Below are positions 1 to 11,593 of a stretch of 64,000 nucleotides of DNA, piece after piece. The stretch spans positions 21,762,001 to 21,826,000 of the forward strand of contig OX597837.1 in the NCBI GenBank assembly GCA_951406725.2. Direction: 5' to 3'. The stretch comes from Octopus vulgaris. Lineage: Eukaryota. A program made the position numbers and the translations under genes. Position 1 is the stretch's first letter. Every line of letters starts with the position of its first letter. The notes below the pieces were generated by a model. The model worked only from the letters and a program-made list of their open reading frames with translations. It did no database searches and was not told where the DNA came from.

Positions 1-490
1 GCCTATTATAGTAACATACTAAGAAATATTAACTTAATTTTAAAAATTGAAAACAATTTTTAAATTTTAGGAAGATGAAATGTATGATATATTTAAAAAT
101 AGGAAATAATACAAAAAAAGTATGTAATAGGTTCTACTATTGCTCAATTTAAAAAAAAAAGTCTCAAAAGAATTAAAATAGATGGGAAAAATAAAAAGAC
201 TTTAACAATAAAACCCAAATTTTTAATATTAAATGTTTATGTTAAAAATATAGTAAATTTTTTCTGAGGAAAAAAATTATAATATAAAACCAAATGTTAA
301 ACTAAAATTCAGATTTAAATATTACAGAAAGCACTAGGTAAAACTAAAAACTATGCAAAATCTTTTCTTTTGTAAAGAAAAGGTTTAAAATTTTTTTCGT
401 ACAAATAACTGAAACGAATACAGAAGTAAAGAGTAAAAAGTATATTTTGTATAATGTGACTAATCCATATTCAATAAAAAGACTAAAAAC
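1..490 (+). mobile_element. Possible highly decayed Penelope GIY-YIG region
   Basis: Very A-rich; IGSTIAQFKK resembles YIGST..FKxR; otherwise unreadable. Confidence 0.25.
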
Positions 491-1084
491 ATTTTAGATT
501 TTATTTAAAATCTGGGAGGGAATTTTATTAATAGATGCAAGGGAGTGGTGTGGGGTGGAGAGAAGGGCAAATTCCTAGGGGAGGCATGGCAGTAAAAAGG
601 TTAAGAACCACTGCTTCCACATATTGAGATTACTTTGTCGAATGCCATGCTTGTCTCTGTTATTCTTTTACTTGTTTCAGTCATTTGACAGCGGCCATGC
701 TGGAGCACCGCCTTTAGTCGAAGAAATTGACCCCAGGACTTATTCTTTGTAAGCCTAGTACTTATTCTATTGGTCTCTTTTGCCAAATCGCTAAGTGACG
801 GGGACGTAAACACACCAGCATCGGTTGTCAAGCGATGTTGGGGGACAAACACAGACACACAAATATATACGCACACATACATATAGATGGGCTTCTTTCA
901 GTTTCCGTCTACCAAATCCACTCACAAGGCTTTGGTTGGCCCGAAGCTATAGTAGAAGACACTTGCTCTCATGTTCCATATAGTGGGACTGAACTCGGAA
1001 CTATGTGGTTGGTAAGCAAGCTACTTACCACACAGCCATTCCTGTGTCTATTCACATTGTTTTGAATTAATCATGCAATATCTT

Positions 1085-1762
1085 GTGACTGAAATTTCAG
1101 ATTACTTTTAGAACATCTCCTTGAACTGTCTTTATCAGACCCACCACCTCTGCTGCCGTCCTCAGAACATGACTCAGCCAACTCATCCCTTTTCTCTTTA
1201 TATCTATCTCTAGCTCTGTTATTATTACTTTCTTGTGATTTCATTGTTTGTTTTCCTCTCTCAGTGATATGCTGCTCATGCAATGAACCTTTCTTGTCTC
1301 CTCTGCTACTCCACGTTCATTATCCATCCCCGAAGTCATCATCATCATCGTTTAACGTCCGTTTTCTGCGCTAGCACGGGTTGGACGGTTCGACCGGGGT
1401 CTGGGAAGCCAGGGGCTGCACCAGGCTCCAGTCTGATCTGGCAGTGTTTCTACAGCTGGATGCCCTTCCTAACGCCAACCACTCCGCGAGTGTAGTGGGT
1501 GCTTTTTACGTGCCACCTGCACAGGTGCCAGGGGGGTTTGGCATCGGCCACGATCGGTTGGTGCTTTTAACGTGCCACCGACACGGAAGCCACGATCGGT
1601 TGGTGCTTTTAACGTGCCACCGACACGGAAGCCAGCCAAGGCGGCGCTGGCCTAACAATATTCACGCATGCAGTATACACCCTTCCCTTTAGTTCCATTG
1701 AGACTCTCTTCCTCCCTAATAAGCAGTCCACTTAATTTCCAGGACTTCTTCCATGTGCAACT
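1085..1762 (-). mobile_element. Decayed RTE LINE fragment interrupted by a SINE (1337-1650)
   Basis: WKKSWKLSGLLIR...KG.VY and IKRKGMSWLSHVLR resemble RTE ORF C-terminal motifs (WKKFRELSGLL, RRLRWLGHVLR). Confidence 0.55.
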
Positions 1763-1770
1763 ATAATATA

Positions 1771-2158
1771 CTAGCAGTATCGCCCGGCGTTGCTCAGGTT
1801 TGTAAGGGAAATAACTATAAAGCATTTTTAGAGAGTTATAGCCAAAAAATAGCAAAAAAATGGAAAAAAACAAATGATGGTAAATTTTTTTTGAGAGTTA
1901 AAAAAGGTGGAGTTGCGTCCCCTAGACGGTCTGTGGTTTGGGTTTCTCATTCTCGACCCCATGTCGAATTTATCGATTTTTTTCAGAACTGGGGGAACTT
2001 TTCAAAATTTTCGCTGCGTTAGTTTTGAATTATGACATTGGGCTATGCGTGTGTCAAGTTTCATCAGAATCGGTTGAAAGCCGTGGTCAGGGTGAGGGTA
2101 CGAGAAAACAGACACACAGAAACACGCACAGACAAACTGCCGTTTATATAGAGAGAGA
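1771..2158 (-). mobile_element. Non-autonomous Helitron
   Basis: Minus strand begins A|TC-TCTCTCTATATAAA and ends in a GC-rich hairpin (cctgagcaacgccggg) plus CTAG|T; inserted in an AT dinucleotide with no TSD. Confidence 0.7.
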
Positions 2159-3273
2159 TATGTAAAAATGATTAGTAAATATTGATTTCAAATTTCAGCA
2201 CAAGGCCAGCAATTTCGGGGGAGGGGGGTAAGCTGATTGGATCAATCCCAGGGTTCAACTGCTACTTATTTTATTGAATCTGAAAAGCAAAGTTGATCTT
2301 GGAGGAATCTGAACTCAGAACATATAAGGATGGACAAAATGCCGCTAAGCATTTTGCCCGGTGTGCTAATGATTCTTATTTCTTTATTGCCCACAAGGGG
2401 CTAAACAGAGAGGGGACAAACAAGGACAGACAAACGGATTAAGTCGATTACATTGACCCCAGTGCGTAACTGGTACCTTAATTTATCGACCCCGAAAGGA
2501 TGAAAGGCAAAGTCGACCTCGGCGGAATTTGAACTCAGAACATAAAGACAGACGAAATACGGTTACACATTTTGCCCGGCGTGTTAATGATTCTGCCAGC
2601 TTGCTGCCTTAAGATTGGTAAAAGTTGATTTCGAATTCTGGCACAAGGCCAGTAATTTTGAGGGAGAGAGAGAGAGGCTAAGTCGATTAGATCGACTCCA
2701 GTGCTCGACTGGTAATTATTTTATCAACCTTGAAAGGATGAAAGGCAAAGTCCAACCTGGCGGCATTTGAACTCAAAACACAAGGACCAACAAAACGCTG
2801 CTGAGCATTTTTCCCAATGCGCCAACTGTTCTGCCAGCTCTCTGCCTCAAAATTGGTAAATATTGATACATAAATATTAATACCAGATGTTTATATGTAA
2901 GATAACAGACTACATATTTAAACGTAGCTTTACATACAAGACACCTGGTCTATTAGATATTCGAGCAACAACTGCTGTAGTTTTGTATAACTACCCTCTG
3001 CCGTTTAACCGTTAAACAAACAGAAACAACACTTAGTATTATCAGCTGTTGTCCAGACATATAGATGCACTCTTATAATATTTCTGAAATGAAAAGTAGT
3101 GAGCTGGCAGAATGCTTAGTGGCATCTCGTCCAACTTTAGGCTCAGAGTTCAGAGGTTATGGTAGAAGACGCTGAAGGTGCCATACAGTGGGACTGAACC
3201 TAAAACCATATGGTCGGGAAGCAAGCTTCTTACCACACAGCCACAGCTGCGCCTATATATACATACACACACA

Positions 3274-3520
3274 TTTGTGTATGTGTGTGCATTTGTGTAT
3301 GTGTGTATGTGTGTGTATTTGCGTGCGTGTGTGTATTTGTGCATGTGTGTGCATTTGTGTGTCTGTGTGTATTTGTGTATGTGTGTGTATTTGCATGTGT
3401 GTGCATTTGTGTGTCTGTGTGTATTTGTGTGTGTGTGTGTGTGTGTGTATTTGTGTGTGTGCGTGTATTTGTGTATGTGTGTGTGTGTGTGTATTTGTGT
3501 ATGTGTGTGTGTGTGTGTAG
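3274..3520. repeat. Compound (TG)n/(TGTATTTG)n microsatellite inside a SINE
   Basis: Directly visible; produces the Cys-Val and His-Thr ORFs. Confidence 0.95.
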
Positions 3521-3891
3521 TTGTGTCTGGCAGTCTCACCACTTGACAATTGGTTTGTTCATGTCCTCCTAAGTCAGTAAATGAGACTGATACAAAAAAC
3601 AGATCAGATTAAAAAAAAAAAAAAAACAACAAACAAACTACATACTAGGGTTGATATTCGTTTGACTAAACCCTTCAAGGCAGTGCCCCAGCATGGCTAC
3701 ATCCAATGACTGAAACAGGTAAAAGGTGAAAACCGATTCTTCATTAAAAAATACAAAGAGAAGAAAAATTGTAGACTGTAAGATGGCTGAAAGAAATGCA
3801 AAGCAGCCAAACAGAGAAAGGGACAGAGAAAGGGTCAGCATGGAAAATGGACGTTAAACGATGGTGATGATGTATATATATGCACACAAAT

Positions 3892-4341
3892 ACCAGCCTC
3901 GCCTGGCCCCTGTGCCGGTGGCACGTAAAAAGCATCATCTAACCGTGGCCGTTTGCCAGCCCTGCCTGGCCCCCGTGCCGGTGGCACGTAAAAAGCACCA
4001 TCTGACCGTGGCCATTTGCCAGCCTCGCTTGGCCCCTGTGCCGGTGGCACATAAAAAGCATCATCTAACCGTGGCCGTTTGCCAGCCCCGCCTGGCCCCT
4101 GTGCCGGTGGCACGTAAAAAGCATCATCCAACCGTGGCCGTTTGCCAGCCCCGTCTGGCACCTGTGCCACGTAAAAAGCACCCACTACACTCACGGAGTG
4201 GTTGACATTAGGAAGGGCATCCAGCCATAGAAACATTGCCAGATCAGACTGGGCCTGGTGCAGCCTTCTGGCTTCCCAGACCCCAGTTGAACCGTCCAAC
4301 CCATGCCAGCATGGAAAGCGGATGCTAAATGATGATGATGA
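3892..4341 (+). mobile_element. SINE family C ((ATG)n tail) with an internal 63-bp tandem array (~4.4 units); others 1337-1650, 5420-5712, 39230-39380, 58608-58953, 61165-61380
   Basis: Units start at 3893, 3956, 4019, 4082, 4145; shared tail GGAAGGGCATCCAGC...CAACCCATGCCAGCATGGAAA...(GAT)n. Confidence 0.85.
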
Positions 4342-4677
4342 TACACACACACACACAGTTATATGACTGTACATGGCTCAGTGGTTAGAGCGTTGGGCTC
4401 ACGATCATGAGGGAGTGAGTTTGATTCCTGAACTGGGCTTTGTGTTGTGTTCTTGAGCAAGACCCTTCATTTCACATTGCTCCAGTTCATGAGTTGTGAT
4501 GTCACTGGTGCTAAGCTGTATCAGCCTTTGCCTCTCTTTTGGATAACCCTAACCCTAAAAAAGATCTGTTACAGACTGTTCATACTGAAATGACTTATAA
4601 TGTGAGCCTACATGACATCTGGGGCACAACTGAGCCAAATTAGTAGATGAGCAACAAAGGTATTTATCTATCTTTAA

Positions 4678-4897
4678 CCTTTTAGCATTCAGATTATTCT
4701 GTCAAATGTAAAGCTTATGTATTTACACCATGTAAAATTAATCTTGCATCATTTCATGGCTTTGAGATTTCAATGATGCGATTGTTTATTTTTAAAATGA
4801 CACAATAAGGTAGCTATGAATGACTATATCTGACTAGTCTGAACATAAAATAGGTAGAATATTTTGGCTGGATATGGCTGGTTTAAACACTAAAGGG
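4678..4897. mobile_element. TTAA-flanked piggyBac-type MITE (relatives at 49220-49439, ~52952-53491 interrupted, ~55852 partial)
   Basis: TTAA|CCTTTTAGCATT ... CACTAAAGGG|TTAA. Confidence 0.75.
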
Positions 4898-5762
4898 TTA
4901 ACTTGTTTCAGTCCTTGGAAAGTCTCCATGGTGGGGCACTGCCTTGAGGCCAAACTCAGATTCATTTTTTCTTTTCTTTTTTTAAGCCTGGATACTTATT
5001 CTGTTGGATGGTTTTTGCTGAACTACTGAGTCACTGGATGTAACCAAACCAACACAAATCATGAAGCAGATGCAGGGGACAAATGCAAAAACACATTTTG
5101 TTTATTAGGTTGGTAGGGGTATGTAATGTAAATGAATGGCAAATACTGAGTGAAAAATATTTTGCTGTGTCATCGGTGAATGGAAGAGAGAAAAAGGACT
5201 TGGGGAGAAAACTGGTGAGGGGCTGGGATTCACAGATAACAAAATCTCAAGAGGGTAAGGTGCTTTGAGATATCTGACCTTCTGAGAAACATACAAGGCT
5301 GTGTAGGTGGTTAAGAAGCTTGTTCTGCAACCATGTGGTTTTGGGTTCAGTCCCACTGCATAGAACTCTTGGGTAAGAGTCTTTTACTAAAACCCCAGAC
5401 CAACTGGTGAATTTTGGCACCTAAAAGCACCATCCGATTGTGGCCGTTGCCAGCCTCACCTGGCCCCGTGCCAGTGGCACGTAAAAAGCACCATCCGACC
5501 ATGGCCATTTGCCAGCCCCGTCTGGCACCTGTGCCGGTGGCACGTAAAAAGCACCCACTAAACTCACAGAGTGGTTGGCGTTAGGAAGGGCATCCAGCCA
5601 TAGAAACATTGCCAGATCAGACTGGGCCTGGTGCAGCCTTCGAGCTTCCCAGACCCCAGTTGAACCGTCCAACCCATGCCAGCATGGAAAGCGGACGCTA
5701 AATGATGATGATGGTAGACAGAAACTGTGTGGAAGCCCACCATACCACTCCTATATCTCTTA

Positions 5763-6073
5763 GGTGCATGGCTTAGTGGTTAGGGTATTCAGGGCATGAT
5801 TGCAAAGTTTGTGAGTTCGATTCCTGGCGACACATTGTATCCTTGAGCAAGACACTTTATTTCACATTGCACCAGAAGTCAAAAATGAGTTGTACCTGTA
5901 TTTCAAAGGGCCAGCCTTATCACGTTCTGTGTCGTGCTGAATCTCCCTGAGAATTACATTAAAGGTACATGTGTCTGTGGTGTACTCAGCCACTTGCACA
6001 TTAACTTCACGAGCAGGCTGTTCCGTTGATCGGATCAGCTGGGACCCTTGTTGTCATAACCGATGGAGTACCA
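5763..6073 (+). mobile_element. tRNA-derived SINE family E (second copy ~49502-49815)
   Basis: TGGCTTAGTGGTTAGGG...GAGTTCGATTCC head; body shared with the copy at 49502. Confidence 0.8.
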
Positions 6074-7129
6074 GTTATATATTTCTTACCATCACTTACT
6101 AGTCACCTATAACCATCTCTCCTCACATTATGTCTTTTCTACCCACTTTCCCAGTCCAATCCTCTCTTCATCCACCCCTTATTTCTTTATTGCCCACAAG
6201 AGGCTAAACATAGAGGGGACAAACAAAGGGATTAAGTCGATTAAATCGACCCCCGAAAGGATAAAAGGCTAAGTTGACCTCGGCTTCATCCACCCCTTAC
6301 TCTACCTTGAGGGTATGACACATACCCACTATCATCTCTCTCATTCTCCTCCAACTGGAGGAGAGTATCTTTTCAACAGCAATACATCAATCTCTACCCT
6401 TTTCCTATTCTTTTAATCTCTCATCAACTAGGACTTCTGTAAATACAACTCCTCCCCAGTCGAGGGGACTTTTTCTTTTCTAGGAAGTTACTTGGTAACC
6501 ACACTGGTGCTGGTGCAAAAGAAAAAAAAAGCACCCATAACGCTCTGTAAAGTGGTTGGCATTAGGAAGGGCATCCAACTGTAGAAACTAAGACAAAACT
6601 CCTGACTGAGGGAGGTGGATTTGTATCAGTTGAGAAAAAGTACGACAGAGGGATAGAAATAAGTGTCTTGCTATAGGAGATATTTGGCTACCTCAGTTGG
6701 AAAAGAAAGGAGAGAAAAGGACAAAGCCAGAAAGGAAGATAGGCAGAGAGAAAGAGAGGGCTTAATGGAGATGTAAGATATACTTACAAGGTGGGTGAGT
6801 ATAAGTGGTACAGAGGATTGGATTGGATTGGAAGGGATAGAATGGGTGATGTTTCATAAGGTAGTGATGGTTAGAGATGGGGCAGAGGTGACTGTAGCAA
6901 GTGATAGGAGTGGCTCAGGAGGTTGAGGGTCTATGGTTGATATGTGAGGGCATTGAGGGTGATTGTGTGTGGATAGGAATGTGAGGGAAAATGGAGGGAT
7001 GGCATGCAGCCCTTTTCCCCATGGGTTGGGGAAGAAGGCATTGGAAGATGGGTTGTTGAGGGGTATGATGGGAAGGGACATATTGTATGTCCAGAGGTGT
7101 GTAGGGAGTATAGACGTAAAGAACAAACC

Positions 7130-7409
7130 TGTATAGTCTGATTTAGCTGGGCAAATCTTCTCAAACCAAGCAAATCGCAAAATATCTCAGTTCATTGTCA
7201 ACTTTTCAGTGTCACAAGGATGGATTGTCAGGCTGTCATTAAAGTGTATCTATCGGTAAATCTTTTCAGATTTATTTCTACTCCCCAACACATACTTCTG
7301 ACAATAAAAGGATTCCAAGATATTTGTAAAGATCTTCAACAAAATAAATTGCGTAGCTCCTTTTTGGGATACAACTGTTTCTTTGCATGTGTCCCATTAT
7401 TTCCTCAAG

Positions 7410-7451
<42 letters not shown>

Positions 7452-7640
7452 CTTGCCAAAGAAAATATTTCTCCAGCATTTGCTATTTTACCCTCATTCT
7501 GGTCTAACGACCCTCCACATTTGTTTTTGTTCGGTTTCCTTCTATGTCGCCACTGACCTGTTTTTGTCTCCAACTTTGACCCTCCATAAATCCCAAATTT
7601 TATTTTGGCATTTATGGGAGCAACTGTCTTCGAAGACTCA
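7130..7640 (-). pseudogene. Degenerate piggyBac/PGBD transposase middle fragment
   Basis: Frameshifted minus-strand translation: AGEIFSL..EEIMGH..CKETV..SQKG..F..VEDLYKYLGILLLS ... LKRF ... IHFND, matching PGBD motifs (ETNRYA-QK, LGILILSG, LHFND); stops and a (TA)n insertion. Confidence 0.65.
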
Positions 7641-7870
7641 TATTGTTGTAGAAACTCTGCCAGATCAGACTGGAACCTTGTGCAGCCATCTGGTTCACCA
7701 GTTCTCAGTCACAATTCCTTATGTTCCTTACAACTGCAGGTTCTAATTCGTTCACCTGGTACTGAAATGTTTGGGAACTTTTTTTTTAATGCTTTAGGAG
7801 CCCATGTAGCGAAATTTTCGGAGCACTTCTATACTTTAATCACGCAAAAACTATCAGAAAGTTCAATTAA

Positions 7871-9085
7871 CTCACTATTGGACCCGGTGCGCGCACACGC
7901 GCAAGCCAGTCGTAGGTAGTCGATCCTACAGCGACTTGCGTATGCAAATGAGCTGATTGGCGCAACATTGCAAAGACTAAGTTAATAGTGAGCCCCTACT
8001 GAAGAAGCTTAGGAAATATTTTCCAACGATATACGGTGTATATTATTTTAAAGACAATTGCGTGTTTTTTTTCATTACAAAACAATTAGAAGCATTGAAA
8101 AAAAAAAAGCAAAACAACCTTAAGGACAGTCAAACATTTTTTTTTTCAAAGTAGACCACTACAGGCGACAATTCACTTGTGTTTACTTTGAATAGCTACG
8201 GCAAACTTCGTTAACCGTTCAGCTATGCTCGTTCTCTTTCAACTGGAATTTCACCCCTGACCAACCCTAAATTATTAGACATTTTGGTCGTGGCCATCCC
8301 GCTTTGTTGTAAATCCAATACTGCATTGTTCAGTTTGACTTTAAAAAATAATTCGGCTGCTATTTCTAACAGCTCGGTGGAAGATATCTCTTGACCGAAG
8401 TTGTACAAGGTCTGTGTTTGCTCCTTGTTTTCAGTTTCTCCAAAGACCCAACTGAACTCTCGTCTTTAACTTCAGCTGAACAGTTCCCAGTCCCAAGACT
8501 GCCCTGGTCGTGCAGACCTGATCAAAGGAGTTTATTTTTAACCAGACGTAATGTAACCCTTCACTTCATAGAAATGTTTTATTTCTACGTGGGGGAAATT
8601 TGGTTACTATAAGTTTACATTGAAGAAACTTGGTCGTTGACAGGAGCCTCATAAGTTAACGCAGTGAACCATTTCATACGAGGCAACTAAATTCTGACCC
8701 CACGTTGTTGGCTTGTCACCAGTAACCGATTTTCCTGTTGAAGCCTACAGTAAAATTACCTTGTTGGGGAGGGGTTAAGCCAATCTTTTAAAACTTTTTT
8801 TTGAATTTTCATGCTGCAATATCAAAGTAAACAAGTGAATTGTCGCCTGTAGTGGTCTACTTTGAAAAAAAAAAATGTTTTTCAATGCTTCTAATTGTTT
8901 TGTAACGAGAAAAAAACGCAATTGTCTTTAAAATAATATACACCGTATATCGTTGAAAAATATTTCCTAAGCTCGCTATTAACTTAGTTTTTGCAGTGTT
9001 GCGCCAATCAGCTCATTTGCATACGCAAGTCGCTGTAGGATCGACTACCTACGACTGGCTTGCGCGGATGCGCGTACCGGGTCCA
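7871..9085. mobile_element. Foldback element with long inverted arms (7879-8191 and 8822-9085) nested in the piggyBac relic
   Basis: Arms are reverse complements apart from a few substitutions and indels (tggacccggtgcgcg...caattcacttg); left end TTAA|CTCACTATTGGACCCG; ~630-bp spacer. Confidence 0.85.
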
Positions 9086-9087
9086 GT

Positions 9088-9990
9088 CTACGCGACTAGT
9101 ACCAAGAACTCTTTATAATCTTGATTTCGCATTCGAATTTCTGCGCTTTGTGAAAGCACACCACAACCAATATCTCTAAGATTAGCTGAAGCCTCTTTGC
9201 AATCACTGCCTGCATCATCTTTATCTGAATCTTGACTATCATTTGGAGCATGCAAAACAAATTCAAGTTCTTGTGCATCGTCAGTTTCAGTTACGAATAA
9301 TTCGGAATGCTCACTTGCTTCGATAATGTTCAGTATTTCTTCAGCGGCCCTCTCGACATCAAGATTTCTCTTGAAAATGAAACGATGCAATTATAAACTT
9401 TTTAGAACTAAATGTAAAAATGTATTTATTTTGCAATCAAGTAATAGACCCTTAAATATATTTAACAGTAAAACAATAAATAAAGTAAAAAAAAAAGCAA
9501 AAAATAAATGCACCTGTAAGTGAAATATGAATTCTATAATAGGCGAAGTTTCGCATGTCGTAGATCAGATTTCCCGAAACTATGCCCTATAATATTCCGA
9601 AATTCTCAGCGTATGATTTATCATATTCAAGGGTAAAACACTTGATAAATTAAAACATTCAAAATATTTTTGGTTGAAATATCATTTAAAATTAAAAGAC
9701 GTGAGTCAGTGAATAAAAAATATTAATTAAAATTTGGGATTCTATGTCACTAAAAATGTAGAACATAAACATACCGTCTATAAAACTCACTCGACCAGAC
9801 CAGAATGACTACTGAAGGAAAAGTTCGCAGCAAGATGTTGAATGAAAATATAAGGTCAAAGTTGACAAATATTGCCAGAGAAATTGTTAAAGTCTATATT
9901 AGTGTAGGTTTTGAAAGGTAGCGCGGTTAGATTTTTAAAATTATTTTTCTTTGGTAAAGTTTTCCGTATGATTTATCGGGCATTAATGAG
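9088..9990 (-). mobile_element. 5' part of a piggyBac (PGBD2/PGBD3-like) relic with transposase N-terminus at 9390-9088
   Basis: TTAA at 9991-9994 followed on the minus strand by CTCATTAATGCCCG. ORF LEFVLHAPNDSQDSDKDDAGSD...ANLRDIGCGVLSQSAEI resembles the acidic PGBD3-type N-terminus (IVIQPP...SDEESGDEEGG...NNLPGSLL). Confidence 0.6.
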
Positions 9991-10390
9991 TTAAGCTAAC
10001 AGCGGAATAACAAACAAGTGGGTTTAAATATCTCACTATAATAGGATACGCACTTGTAAGTCTCTAAAAAAAGTTCTCTAAACAGTGCAATTATTTAAGA
10101 GATAGTTAATCTTGGTGTTGCCAATTTTGTCTCGAGTCAAAGTATTCTTTACATTTTCATTTTATCTGACAGTTCATTTAAATAACGCACGTGCTTTGTG
10201 GCGCGTTCAGAACAACAAACTTCGTTGGATGGTTAGAGATTTCCGTTGTATTTTTTAAACAACAATAGCAAAAGAGAAAGTGTTGGTCTTAAAATTTCCT
10301 TTTAAAGACAATGGCACAGCAATAAACAAGTGGTTTTAAGTATCTCACAGTAACAACAACGACAATAATAATAATATACCCACCACTTAC

Positions 10391-10534
10391 CTGCAAATCC
10401 CAGGAACAGTTCTGCAAATAGAACATAGCCATAGCAGAGTCGGTCCCCGTTAACTTGACAAATTCATCACATCTTTCTTTACATTCAGCTCCACTGGGAA
10501 GCTGGCTTTCATCTTCTTCACTGGAGTCTGACAT
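10391..10534 (-). CDS. TDP2: First coding exon of tyrosyl-DNA phosphodiesterase 2-like gene (N-terminal UBA-like domain); later exons not found in window
   Basis: ATG at 10534; MSDSSEEDESQLPSGAECKERCDEFVKLTGTDSAMAMFYLQNCSWDLQ (48 codons) ends at a canonical phase-0 donor CAG|GTAAGT (10391/10390). Acidic N-terminus plus C-x-x-F-x-x-x-T-x-T-D-x-A-x-A-x-F-Y-L-Q-x-x-x-W resembles the TDP2 UBA-like domain; other UBA-like proteins (DCN1, UBXN7) not excluded. Confidence 0.7.
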
Positions 10535-11593
10535 TGTTGGAGAAACTGCTTTTAATTTACAATGGTTTGCGCTAATAGTTCAGATTAAAAGAGAAAAGAC
10601 CGACAGGATTTGTTGTTTCACTAACTTATATACCTTCGTCGCAAGTTGACACTTAGATTTATCTCCCTTGAATAAATAGAGTAAATTTGTAAATATCTCT
10701 TTTGGCTTAGTCTTTCTCGACTTTATCATTTCACCGCCAACTCTTATCTGGATCCTTTCTCCCTTTTCTCAGTTCTTTTTTCTTTTTGTAAAGCTGTTCT
10801 GTATCATTTTTCATTATAATTTCATGATCCACTAGAATGTACTAGCGCAACCGACACTAATAATTTGACTGATATTCTCTTCTATCAATCCCACAAAAAA
10901 AACGAAATGTTAAGTTGACCGCCAGTGGGATTTAAAATCAGAATGTAAAAGCTCTTAAGTAAATACCACAAGACATATTACCCAATGCTCTACCGTTTCT
11001 GCTAATTCACCGTCTAAAATTTGTCCCTTGACTCGTTTTTCTTATTTTTCAAGGAATGAGATAGAACTGTTTACATTATCAGCTTATCTATAATTACAAT
11101 GCACATTTATACGCTGTCTATCGTTATATGTATGTATTATGCATATATTATATACGTACACAAGTACACGCGCACTTGTGTAGGTACATACTTGGGTACG
11201 TGTATAAGTACATAGGTACGTCTGTGTTAGGTTACTTGTGTCTGGTTACCCTCATGAGTGTTACTGGTAACATGGAATCCAGTAGAACCTGTTGCATGGT
11301 CCGTCGTCGGTGACTAAACCAGATCCGCCTCAACACAAAGCTTGCCCGGTGAGGAGGGTTTCTAAAAACCCAGCAGGACTAAAAACAAGACCTGTCAAAG
11401 GGACCGATGAACTTTGTGTAGGTTCACCAAGTATCTAGCAATAGACGGACACTCAGGAACTCCAGGTTGGTGTCTGGCATGTTGAAAGACCTTTGAGAGG
11501 AGGCACCGCTTAGCTTTTGCTAAAGTATGTCTCTTGGATAAGTTACTCTGATACAAAACCAGATATGCAGGGAATGGTGTTGAACATTTTGGG

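Noticed and set aside
601-1065. Recurrent ORFs such as DGLLSVSVYQIHSQGFG and LKAVLQHG..QMTETSKR that look like a gene family
   Set aside because: Translations of SINE family A copies, not protein-coding paralogues.
1071-1283. 70-aa hydrophilic ORF as a possible TDP2 exon
   Set aside because: Another frame gives RTE motifs, and there is no EEP-domain similarity.
3150-3572. Cys-Val and His-Thr rich ORFs (also ~29800-30280, 44569-45210)
   Set aside because: Translations of (TG)n/(CA)n/(TA)n microsatellites, open in several frames.
3892-4180. Regularly spaced repeats resembling a CRISPR array
   Set aside because: Head-to-tail 63-bp units with no unique spacers, inside a SINE; no cas genes; eukaryotic context.
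4545-4559. TAACCCTAACCCTAA telomere-like sequence at a SINE truncation
   Set aside because: Only ~2.5 units; too short to call telomere-mediated healing.
10289-10390. Hydrophobic C-terminal part of the 81-aa ORF (VSGGYIIIIVVVV...)
   Set aside because: Read-through into the intron past the GTAAGT donor.
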